DNA of 24,935 nucleotides. Origin: a virus. Lineage: Duplodnaviria > Caudoviricetes. The translations under genes and the position numbers were made by a program. The stretch lies in the IMG/VR virus record IMGVR_UViG_3300029183_000045, positions 1 through 24,935 of that record. One strand, written 5' to 3'. This document shows, piece after piece, positions 16,537 through 24,535 of the stretch; the stretch's first letter is position 1; every line of letters begins with the position of its first letter. Under the pieces are notes generated by a model that was given only the letters and a program-made list of their open reading frames with translations, did not search any database and had not been told where the DNA came from.

Positions 16537-16746
16537 TCAGCACTCCGTCTTGACAGACATGACATTGACCTTGGGTGGTGTTTCGATTGGTTCTGGCTTG
16601 CTTTCCTCCCACAGCAACGGCAAAAACAGGGCCAGCAACAATGCGACAATCACCGCCACGAAAAGCACGATGGCAAATCCCAAAGCGGTGGCGATGCAAG
16701 AAACAAGCCACACAACGACATTCAAGATTTTTTTCAGGATTTTCAT
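16537..16746 (-). CDS. Small membrane protein (69 aa)
   Basis: Basic N-terminus and ~35-residue hydrophobic stretch; ATGA overlap with the protease stop. Confidence 0.7.
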   Translation of the reverse strand: MKILKKILNVVVWLVSCIATALGFAIVLFVAVIVALLLALFLPLLWEESKPEPIETPPKVNVMSVKTEC

Positions 16747-17447
16747 TTGTCCAACTCCGCCATCAGGGTTTGAATCGGCCGAGTGTTACAACAACGACTG
16801 GGCCAAGTCATCTTGATTGATCTGCCATCACTCATGACAACATCGCCATCCCACCAGAACCAACCGCCAGAAACCACTCCAACGATTTTTCCTGATTCAC
16901 TGAATAGCGGCCCTCCTGAATCGCCCGGAATCAACGAGCAATCGGCGTAGATGATGTTCTCGTCTGTCGGTCGCGATGCTTTCGCTTTGAAGAATCGGAT
17001 TTCATCGAATCCGTTTGCACCGCCGAACCCGGCAATCTGAAATTGATCGCCGTGAACAATGGGATTCTCGGCAACGGTGAACGCTTCAATTCCTGGCGGA
17101 ACCCACACCCACACCAACGCGATGTCTGACTTTTCATCGAAGTGAACCACCTTTGATCGATGCGAGTTACTGCCGTCCTGATAGGTCACCTTGATCGCTC
17201 GGCGTCCCTGATCGCTGGAAACAGCGTGATAGGCGGTCAAAACATAGCCCTCGAATCCGCCGTTGGTTTCCTTGCCGGTGACTCGAACAACCGCCCCCGT
17301 TCCCATGCCACCGTCAAGCGTCACCATGACAATCGCTTCGTGGTTTTCTACTGGATCGACAAATTGCCACAGGCCGGAATCCTTTCCAACCTGGGCTTCA
17401 AGTTCCGTGGCAAAAATCAGAATCACAATGGCGAATGCAGTTTTCAT
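16743..17447 (-). CDS. Secreted trypsin-like (S1) serine protease (234 aa)
   Basis: Signal peptide; catalytic triad motifs LTAYH, SDIAL, GDSGGP. Confidence 0.92.
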   Translation of the reverse strand: MKTAFAIVILIFATELEAQVGKDSGLWQFVDPVENHEAIVMVTLDGGMGTGAVVRVTGKETNGGFEGYVLTAYHAVSSDQGRRAIKVTYQDGSNSHRSKVVHFDEKSDIALVWVWVPPGIEAFTVAENPIVHGDQFQIAGFGGANGFDEIRFFKAKASRPTDENIIYADCSLIPGDSGGPLFSESGKIVGVVSGGWFWWDGDVVMSDGRSIKMTWPSRCCNTRPIQTLMAELDK

Positions 17448-17869
17448 CCCGACAGGCTCCGTTTAGCCGATTCCAGATGGGTAAGTACTGCCGTCTTTTC
17501 GTCCGGTGCCAGTTCTTTACCGGCCTCGATCACGTACAGAAGCGAATCGGCAATCCGTTTTGTTTTCCGTTCGTTGTCAGACATGCGCTGATCAAGATTT
17601 ACAAAGCCCTCATTTTGTGTCGCGTTGAGTTTGTCAAGGATCTCGTTGCTTTTGTCTTGAGCGCGACTGATGTGGACAACCGCATCTGCGGTTTTCTCCC
17701 CACTTTCTGCCGTCCGGTCCATGAACTTTTCGTTCTTGTCAGCAAAACGATTCGCCAACTTCCATGCTCCCCACAGGAACAACAAAAAAAGAACGAACAC
17801 GCCACCGAGATTAAACGCCTTGTCCATCCACGACGGCAATGCTTCGCCTTGAGAAAGCAGGAACATCAT
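17444..17869 (-). CDS. Holin-like protein: single N-terminal TM plus coiled coil (141 aa)
   Basis: TM LGGVFVLFLLFLWGAW followed by a heptad-rich charged tail; architecture of BhlA-like holins. Confidence 0.5.
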   Translation of the reverse strand: MMFLLSQGEALPSWMDKAFNLGGVFVLFLLFLWGAWKLANRFADKNEKFMDRTAESGEKTADAVVHISRAQDKSNEILDKLNATQNEGFVNLDQRMSDNERKTKRIADSLLYVIEAGKELAPDEKTAVLTHLESAKRSLSG

Positions 17870-17873
17870 CCGG

Positions 17874-18770
17874 TCACCCTTCCCTTCGGTTCAGCCGCGA
17901 AATGTCGTCTGCTATTTGTTCAAGTGATTCATCGCCTGGGGCTGTTCTGGACAGATTTATTCTGCAACCAATCATTGCGTCATCTACTTTTACAGGAACA
18001 GCAGTCCAACTGACGGGAATCATTTCACCGTTTTTCGCCCAGACCACGTCGTTTGGAGAATGCGTGACCTCATCCCATGCCATCGAGTGAAACATATGGC
18101 ATTCAGACTCAGGATAGGCCGACCCATTTCGACGCTTGTAGTGAATTGCCTGGTGCATGTTTCGACCGATCAACTGTGATTCGTTGTCGTAACCCAAAAG
18201 TTCCACACAACGCCGATTGATCAATTCGCAACGTCCATCAGTGTTGACAAAGTAAAATGGATCCGCCGCATCAGACACGGACTGCAATAAAGCATCGTCA
18301 ACGCGAACCTGGTTTGGGTTCTTCCATCGTTTCGATTCGACAGCAACAGCCAGATAAAGAAAACCGATCACACTAATAGCCTGCAACGGTTTCCATACAT
18401 AACCTTCCAATCGGTATGCCGGCGCAACGAATTCCAGTGCCCAGATTCCATGATTGCCACCGCAAAACACGAAAAACAAAACCGCAAACAACCATGTCAG
18501 CGACCACAACCCTCGCTTGATGGTCCACCATGCAATAAAAAAGCCAACAAACAGATAACAGGTGTTGATGATCAGATCGAAAACGATATGAAACCAACCA
18601 AGCGACGGATTCTGGGACCAGCCTTGGCCGCATTCCCAGCGCGGTGGAAAGTCACCGGTGCCGAGCCACCATTCAGCAAAAGGGCGAGGGCTGCCGGACA
18701 AGCTGTGCAATGACACCATGTACACAGCAAGTCCGATCAGCAACAGGGGGAGGGTGATAAACCATTTCAC
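17874..18770 (-). CDS. Ethylene-receptor-like membrane sensor domain fused to PAS, no output domain (298 aa)
   Basis: DFPPRWECG, HIVFDLII..CY, FFVFCGGNH, PAYRLEG..K pattern of the ETR1/Slr1212-type binding domain; PAS with VNTDG, IN...LLGY, LIGRN, KNGEMIPV. Confidence 0.75.
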   Translation of the reverse strand: MKWFITLPLLLIGLAVYMVSLHSLSGSPRPFAEWWLGTGDFPPRWECGQGWSQNPSLGWFHIVFDLIINTCYLFVGFFIAWWTIKRGLWSLTWLFAVLFFVFCGGNHGIWALEFVAPAYRLEGYVWKPLQAISVIGFLYLAVAVESKRWKNPNQVRVDDALLQSVSDAADPFYFVNTDGRCELINRRCVELLGYDNESQLIGRNMHQAIHYKRRNGSAYPESECHMFHSMAWDEVTHSPNDVVWAKNGEMIPVSWTAVPVKVDDAMIGCRINLSRTAPGDESLEQIADDISRLNRREG

Positions 18771-18786
18771 GAGACGAAATAAGCTC

Positions 18787-19620
18787 CTATGGGCAGGCTG
18801 GGCAGTTCGCGTTCATCATCCGGCGATTGATGCCCCAATTGCGTGGCAGGAACCGAGCCGCGAATCTCCCGACGTTTCTGGCAGGTTCTCCTACTTGATA
18901 TTGAAGGGTGGGTGATTGCCTCGCCCATTGGCGAGTCACGCCATAACCACCGCCACCGGTTGACACGAATCGACCATTGGCGAAATAGCCAGAACCGATG
19001 GCGTCATGAATCTGGTCGTGCGGGTGACAATCCGAATTCGGATCGACAAACCGGAAATGGCCCGCTTGCCGGTGGTATTCCATGTGCGGTTCATTTGTCG
19101 GCATGGTCCATCTTCTCGCTCGATAGGTTCGTGTTCGAGTTACCGATCGCTGGAATGTCGGCAGGTCGCGATACGTATAAGATTGAACTCGATTGCCGCA
19201 ATTTGTCGCATTGCCCCAATTTCCGCAGTTCGAAGGCGCTTGTAGAACCAAAACCTGATTCCCGCAATTGGACCCCGGCTGTGACCAACCGCCTCCACCG
19301 CTCCAACTGGAAATGATCTGTTGCTGTTGCGGTGGACAAACCCCGGTTGGACAAACCCCGTCCGGGCAGGTGGGACAGACTTCCTGCGTTGCCTCAACGT
19401 GACCTAACGGGCGAAACACCTGCTTGAGCGTGTCGGAACCCTTGACCTCGACGGCATCCACCGATGGCATCGACCAGTCGAAATCCGCATCCCACTTAAC
19501 AACGTTGAATGTATTGGGCGAACTCCAATCAGCTTCGCTGGACCAGGTTGCCGGGCCGTGATTTGCCAGCGCCATTGCAGGCAACGACATCACAGCAATT
19601 CCGAAAATCACTTTATTCAT
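18787..19620 (-). CDS. Secreted Cys/His-rich low-complexity protein (277 aa)
   Basis: Signal peptide; CPTCPDGVCPTGVCP, three NCGN repeats, His cluster, terminal CPACP. Confidence 0.7.
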   Translation of the reverse strand: MNKVIFGIAVMSLPAMALANHGPATWSSEADWSSPNTFNVVKWDADFDWSMPSVDAVEVKGSDTLKQVFRPLGHVEATQEVCPTCPDGVCPTGVCPPQQQQIISSWSGGGGWSQPGSNCGNQVLVLQAPSNCGNWGNATNCGNRVQSYTYRDLPTFQRSVTRTRTYRARRWTMPTNEPHMEYHRQAGHFRFVDPNSDCHPHDQIHDAIGSGYFANGRFVSTGGGGYGVTRQWARQSPTLQYQVGEPARNVGRFAARFLPRNWGINRRMMNANCPACP

Positions 19621-20386
19621 TTCTCAATCCTTTCACGATTGCGTTGAGAATTTCTGCGTATTCCGACGAGTTGGATGGCGGATTTTCTGCAATGTATTCG
19701 TCGATCGCCATGCGACGAAATTGATTCCAGTTGTTTCTGGATGGTGTTTTCTGCCCGAATTCAGTGAGCGAAGTTTCGACAATCTTTTTGGATGCTTCCT
19801 GTGTCGTTGCAGCGCGAACAGAGTCAATCACCCGCTCGTAAGCGTCTGCCAGCCCCTTGGCAAATGAAGGTTCCATTTCGATCAGCGGTAAATCATGACC
19901 CTTGAATCGAAACGCCTTGATTCCATCAATCAACTTTGAGTGATCGGTAACGGGTTCGTCTGGCTCGTCCGGTTGATCTGGTTCGTCTGGCGGTGGCTGT
20001 GGTCCCAATGTGCCAATCGTGGCCTTGAGGGTTTCAGTCCACCAACCGTTTTCGGTGATCGCCAGAATCTCGATCGACCACCTTGAACCAGGAGGACCAA
20101 CCAGCAGAAACTCGCCATCGGAAACTTTGTGAAGCGGGACCGGGGGCCAGGGGTTTTTGTCGGCGTAGGCTCGAACCAGTGGATTCGGGGCGCTAGTTCG
20201 AACTACCACCGCTTCGCGTTCTGTCTGAGACAAAACCTTTTCGTCAAGCGAGGTATCGTTGAAAGTGATTGCCTCGATCTTCTTGACCGAAACCTTGACC
20301 GATTCAATCGTTGATTGCGTTTGCTGAGCGAAACTGCACTGAAACAAAAACAACCATGCCAGCCAGAATGAAAAAATGGTTCTCAT
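19613..20386 (-). CDS. Secreted two-domain protein with PDEP linker (~257 aa)
   Basis: ATG 20386 overlaps the protease TGA; signal peptide MRTIFSFWLAWLFLFQCSFA; PQPPPDEPDQPDEPDEP linker. Confidence 0.75.
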   Translation of the reverse strand: MRTIFSFWLAWLFLFQCSFAQQTQSTIESVKVSVKKIEAITFNDTSLDEKVLSQTEREAVVVRTSAPNPLVRAYADKNPWPPVPLHKVSDGEFLLVGPPGSRWSIEILAITENGWWTETLKATIGTLGPQPPPDEPDQPDEPDEPVTDHSKLIDGIKAFRFKGHDLPLIEMEPSFAKGLADAYERVIDSVRAATTQEASKKIVETSLTEFGQKTPSRNNWNQFRRMAIDEYIAENPPSNSSEYAEILNAIVKGLRNE

Positions 20387-21351
20387 GCCCACACCGGTTC
20401 CTTGTCTCGAAGCCAAGCGAAGATGTTTTGAATCTGAGCGATTCCGTAACCGTAAACCGGATCAAAACCGGGCTTGCCTGCGTCCAACATGAATCCCTGC
20501 TCGGCGAAGAACGTTTTCCATTCCTCGTAGCCCTTGAGTTCAGGCAGCATCAGTTGACGGCGTTTCTGGATAATCAGGCAAAGCAAGCCAACATGGTCAG
20601 GAGTCGCCATCGACGTTCCATCCATCGAGATAGAACCTGTCTTGCTGCGAGAATCAGGGGCGATAATGTTTTGGCCAGGTGCAGCCGTGTCAATCGTTGG
20701 CCCTGTCGATGAAAACCCTGTTGCCTTCAAATCCTGCTTGATGGCTCCCACAGTTTGGGAATCCTTCAGGTTTCCCGGTGGCCCAATCGTGTTTTGACCT
20801 TCCCCAGCGTTGCCTGCCGCCACAACGTCAAGAGACAATCCATTGGCGTAGGCTTCGTCCTGTGCGCGTTGATCCTCGGGCCGTTCGTTTCCCGGTGCGG
20901 ACCCAAGTGACCGGCTCAGTAGATCGCAACCATCTTTTGCAGCCTGGACCGCAGCGGCATTGATCCAGGAAGTTCGCCCTGACCCACGATCGCCCAGAAC
21001 CTTGTAAATCGAAATCGTCGCGCCGGGTGCAAGGCCGAAACCATCGAGACCAGCGATGATCCCCCAGCAATGCGTTCCATGCCGGTTGCCATCATCGGCC
21101 TTGTTCGATTCGCCGGTGTAGTCACGGCGGTTGACCACTTTTGACTGGTCAAGGTATTTATGCTCAAGCGTTCCACCGGTATCACAAACGCCAACGTGGA
21201 CGCCTGTGCCATCAATGCCTTCATTTCGAACGGCCTCAAGTTCATCCTTGATCCATGCCCGGTGCCACAAAAACGGGACGGTCATTGAGAATGCGTAGTC
21301 TTCGTTCACTTCATGATCACCGGGAATGCCGATGACTCGATCATCGCTCAT
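20383..21351 (-). CDS. Subtilisin-like S8 serine protease (322 aa)
   Basis: VGVCDTG (Asp), NRHGTH (His), AAGN (oxyanion Asn), GTSMATP (Ser); no signal peptide. Confidence 0.95.
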   Translation of the reverse strand: MSDDRVIGIPGDHEVNEDYAFSMTVPFLWHRAWIKDELEAVRNEGIDGTGVHVGVCDTGGTLEHKYLDQSKVVNRRDYTGESNKADDGNRHGTHCWGIIAGLDGFGLAPGATISIYKVLGDRGSGRTSWINAAAVQAAKDGCDLLSRSLGSAPGNERPEDQRAQDEAYANGLSLDVVAAGNAGEGQNTIGPPGNLKDSQTVGAIKQDLKATGFSSTGPTIDTAAPGQNIIAPDSRSKTGSISMDGTSMATPDHVGLLCLIIQKRRQLMLPELKGYEEWKTFFAEQGFMLDAGKPGFDPVYGYGIAQIQNIFAWLRDKEPVWA

Positions 21352-22144
21352 GACGATGCTCCCCCATGAATGATGGGAACATAATGTTGTTGAAACGGCT
21401 GATTGTTGTCGTCCGCCGGCGGTACGGTGTCGAAATCGATCGGTGCGAGTGCGACTGGTTTACGTTTAGCCGTTTAAGATCGCTGAGCTTCACAAACGCT
21501 GTACCATCCGAATTGTGAATATGCGGCAATGACCCAACGTCTGAAACGTTGACCTTGGCAAATCCCATTGGGATCTTCGAAACATCAACCGCATAGGAAT
21601 CCCGAGTACGCCATTCGTAAGGGAAACCCTCAAGGGGAACCCGCATCGGTGATTGAAGTTCAGTATCGGTATCGATCGGCTGTGGCAATCGAGCCGCGAT
21701 CGACACGCCCGGATCATCCGATGCAATTACGCCAATGAATAAATCGATGATCTTTTTCAGAAACTCCACGAATCCGTCGGGATTCGCAATGATGGCGTCA
21801 ATGATCTTCTCGAAAATTGGAAAGCGCGGCTCGCCATCTTCCAGCGCAAATGCGACCATTTCATCATCGTGGACGTGCTGGGCTTTCATCCCGTAGTACG
21901 CTGCATCAACCAGGTCCGGATCAGCCAACACAGTTCGAATGTGCTGCTTCTGCTCATCCGTTAATCCGAATCTCGGGCGCAACATCTTCCGCATTTGCAA
22001 TCGGAAAAGCCGCTTGGCAAACGCATCATCAGCATTCTCGCGGAATCCCTGTCCTACCACCTCCTGCGCCGTCACGTTCGTAACCGCAACAACCACCGGC
22101 AAGCAAAAGCTCGCCATCAACAACAATGACAAAATTCGTTTCAT
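21341..22144 (-). CDS. Secreted hypothetical protein (267 aa)
   Basis: Signal peptide MKRILSLLLMASFCLPVVVA; amphipathic helix FVEFLKKIIDLFIG; overlaps the S8 start. Confidence 0.75.
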   Translation of the reverse strand: MKRILSLLLMASFCLPVVVAVTNVTAQEVVGQGFRENADDAFAKRLFRLQMRKMLRPRFGLTDEQKQHIRTVLADPDLVDAAYYGMKAQHVHDDEMVAFALEDGEPRFPIFEKIIDAIIANPDGFVEFLKKIIDLFIGVIASDDPGVSIAARLPQPIDTDTELQSPMRVPLEGFPYEWRTRDSYAVDVSKIPMGFAKVNVSDVGSLPHIHNSDGTAFVKLSDLKRLNVNQSHSHRSISTPYRRRTTTISRFNNIMFPSFMGEHRHER

Positions 22145-22158
22145 GGTTTCTCTCTCAG

Positions 22159-22371
22159 TTAAAGCACTTTCCGATCGCTGCGACCAGCAGCATGATTGTT
22201 ACGACTACCAGCGCCAGAATCACGGCCTTCTAGTATTCGCTCAAGTCGTTTTTTTTCATCTCTCAGTTTTCGCTCGATCTCTCCATCCACCTTGCCCAAC
22301 CCAAGCCAGATACCGATTTGCAGGATTCGCCTCCTAATTGCGGCGGCGCTCGACCTCGATCCGATATTCAA
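22159..22371 (-). CDS. Possible small coiled-coil protein (~70 aa)
   Basis: Within ORF 22159..22407; candidate TTG start at 22371 with AAGG upstream; EIERKLRDEKKRLERIL looks coding. Confidence 0.35.
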   Translation of the reverse strand: MNIGSRSSAAAIRRRILQIGIWLGLGKVDGEIERKLRDEKKRLERILEGRDSGAGSRNNHAAGRSDRKVL

Positions 22372-22591
22372 CGTGAGCCTTCTTGACCAAAACTCGCGAA
22401 CGGACATAGGTGACGATCGAGGTAACGCCTGTGATCACCGCGAATACACCCTCGACAATCCTGGTTGTCATCTCGACCAGTTCGCTTTGGGCTTCTGGCG
22501 TGATATGTCCCGTCACAACGACCACCGCCAGAATCGAAGCGAACAACGAAATCCAGAACTCTGAAGTGTGAAATCCTTTTTTGACGTTCAC
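22334..22591 (-). CDS. Holin-like two-TM protein (85 aa)
   Basis: KKGFHTSEFW N-terminal motif, two hydrophobic segments, YVRSR..VK and basic C-terminus. Confidence 0.65.
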   Translation of the reverse strand: MNVKKGFHTSEFWISLFASILAVVVVTGHITPEAQSELVEMTTRIVEGVFAVITGVTSIVTYVRSRVLVKKAHVEYRIEVERRRN

Positions 22592-23469
22592 GCTGCGGCC
22601 CTCCGTTGTGCGAATCCTTCAATCCATTCGTTCATTCGAACGTTCCAGAATTCCTCATCCGTCGTCAGCGTCATTCCCGGTGGCAACGGTCGCGGATACT
22701 CGCCATCACCCAACCAGACCAGGGTGACGTTTTCGTAAATCCCGGTCATCGGAAAATCCATCTGAGACTTTCCACGTGCCGACCATTGATCAGTTCTCAA
22801 GACACAATTCCGCATCTCGATAAAACCGCCAACCTCCGACCGCTTGAAGAATTGCCCGCAGGATTTGCCATCAGGCTTGTAGTCCGTTTCTGATCGATTG
22901 TCAGGCTGAGCAATCAGGCGAATCAGGCAATCGTCAATTTTGATATGAGGTGGTGTAAAGTTCGCCGGGTTCGCGTTGGACCCGTACTGGTAACTCAGAA
23001 ACGTGTGCCCTTCGAAAAGACAGTTGCGAATTTGACCGGACAAAAGCTGATCGTTCTCAATGCAGTCGTCGCGAATTCCGGTCATAACGGTGTTTGCAAC
23101 TTCCCATTCGCCGCTGTGCCTGGGCGAGAAACCATCCTCCACGTTGTCAATAAAACACCCGTCAACGACCTTTCGCCCGGACATTTCCATTCGAATGCCG
23201 TCGCCTTCGTAGTCGTTTTTCATCTTCCGCCAGTCAAAGTCTCGAGACTGGACGCCGATGATGTTGGCGTTTTTGACAGTGACCGGATGAGGCGACCATT
23301 TGATCGAGAACGGGTAGCGGTCTTCCTTGGCCTGAGTTTCATTAGCCAGAAACGTGGTCATTCCACAATCAAACACCGTTGGCTTCTTTAATGATTTTTG
23401 TTCAAACTGATCACGATAAACGCCGAACGGAGTTGTGATGATGTCAATGCCAACGTTTGGGTCGATCAT
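22588..23469 (-). CDS. Right-handed beta-helix (pectin-lyase-like) protein (~293 aa)
   Basis: Repeating IDNVEDGF / GIRDDCIEND / IRNCLFEG / IDDCLI / MRNCVL rungs; TAATG-coupled start. Confidence 0.65.
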   Translation of the reverse strand: MIDPNVGIDIITTPFGVYRDQFEQKSLKKPTVFDCGMTTFLANETQAKEDRYPFSIKWSPHPVTVKNANIIGVQSRDFDWRKMKNDYEGDGIRMEMSGRKVVDGCFIDNVEDGFSPRHSGEWEVANTVMTGIRDDCIENDQLLSGQIRNCLFEGHTFLSYQYGSNANPANFTPPHIKIDDCLIRLIAQPDNRSETDYKPDGKSCGQFFKRSEVGGFIEMRNCVLRTDQWSARGKSQMDFPMTGIYENVTLVWLGDGEYPRPLPPGMTLTTDEEFWNVRMNEWIEGFAQRRAAA

Positions 23470-24170
23470 TACGCCCCCCATTTCGCACTGGTTCCCGAGT
23501 AAACGCCGGCCTTATTTGCCAGGGTTCCCGAGTACACCAGCACTTGGCAAAGCGCACCGTTCATCCCGTTGGCTCCGTCGTGCCTTGCTCCGATCGTGAT
23601 TCCGTTCAATGTCTGCGATCCAGAGTTGGCGCTTATAACGGCAACTTCATCAATCTCCAAAAACGAAAACCCAGCGTTATAAAACGAAATCGCCGTGTGG
23701 AGATTAGTATCCGATGTTCCACCGGTTTGAGTTGTGCCTGCAAACTGAAACCATTGAGGGGTGGCGTTTGTTCCAAACGATTGACGGGCTCCACTGGTGT
23801 TCGAGTCGATAATATTTTGAGTGCTCGCCACCGAATCTAATTGGAAAACCGCTACAATTACCGAAGGCTGGGCTTGGGTGATCGAACCAAACAATTGGTC
23901 AGACCCATCAAAATCCAGAACATTCAACCCATTAACGGTTCGAGTTCCCGTGGAAGGAAGGTCACCAGCTCCTGTATTCGACACGCCAACGCTGCCTACC
24001 TTATCAGTCCAGGTCATGACGCTTGATGCGACCGAGATGGTGCTGGTATCTGAAGCATCCCAATTAGCCACAATCGTTCCAAAGCTTGACCAGTCAGGTT
24101 CAGAGCTCGCAACAATCCCTTGAGCGATCGGAGAGCTGATGCCGGATGCGATTGATTGAGCGATTGTCAC
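23469..24170 (-). CDS. ConA/LamG-like lectin-fold virion-type protein (233 aa)
   Basis: WDASD, WTDK, NGLNVLDFDGSD, IGAR...NGALCQVLVYSGTL, KWG motifs. Confidence 0.7.
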   Translation of the reverse strand: MTIAQSIASGISSPIAQGIVASSEPDWSSFGTIVANWDASDTSTISVASSVMTWTDKVGSVGVSNTGAGDLPSTGTRTVNGLNVLDFDGSDQLFGSITQAQPSVIVAVFQLDSVASTQNIIDSNTSGARQSFGTNATPQWFQFAGTTQTGGTSDTNLHTAISFYNAGFSFLEIDEVAVISANSGSQTLNGITIGARHDGANGMNGALCQVLVYSGTLANKAGVYSGTSAKWGA

Positions 24171-24442
24171 TGGCGAATTCCCACTACCACGGTTGGCGAA
24201 GTGGACCCGCTCAGATTGACCCGAACTTTACAAGGATGGTCGATCGTGAAGCGTTTGGCATTGTCGGAAGTAAAAGACATGTCTGGAACGTCCTTGGCAG
24301 TCGATCCGTTATCGTCTGTAAACTGAAGCTTGGCAGTTCCGCTTCCAAAGGTTCCGTCAGCGTCAAAAATTCCCGATCCTCCATGCCACTCCAGCCAGTC
24401 TGTGTTTCCATCCGCAGAAAGTGTCGTTTCCTGGGTTGCCAT
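24167..24442 (-). CDS. Small beta-sandwich protein (91 aa), first gene of the operon
   Basis: GGAGG RBS at 24447-24451, ATG 24442; GTFGSGTAKLQ...VRVNLSG; GTGA overlap with the next gene. Confidence 0.75.
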   Translation of the reverse strand: MATQETTLSADGNTDWLEWHGGSGIFDADGTFGSGTAKLQFTDDNGSTAKDVPDMSFTSDNAKRFTIDHPCKVRVNLSGSTSPTVVVGIRQ

Positions 24443-24457
24443 GTTTCCTCCATGCAC

Positions 24458-24511
24458 AAAAAAAAGCCGCCACCGGATCACCCTCTGCATAAGGGAAATC
24501 TGGTGGCGGCT
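24458..24511 (-). terminator. Intrinsic terminator-like hairpin in the operon leader
   Basis: AGCCGCCACC(A)GAT / ATC(C)GGTGGCGGCT stem with a CCCT/AGGG extension, followed by a U8 tract. Confidence 0.8.
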
Positions 24512-24535
24512 GTCGATATAAATGCAGTCTGTCGC

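Noticed and set aside
16535-16711. N-terminal extension of ORF 15617..16711
   Set aside because: Overlaps the 69-aa membrane gene; ATG 16534 fits the operon packing
19330-19995. Short direct repeats (GGACAAACCCC x2; GTTCGTCTGGC x2)
   Set aside because: Explained by the peptide repeats GVCP and PDEP; not CRISPR or DGR repeats
58-22336. Genome-wide TAG recoding, prompted by the amber in the 22155-22259 mini-ORF
   Set aside because: TAG serves as a normal stop directly before a next start (e.g. 7453, TAGATG) and long genes are uninterrupted in code 11
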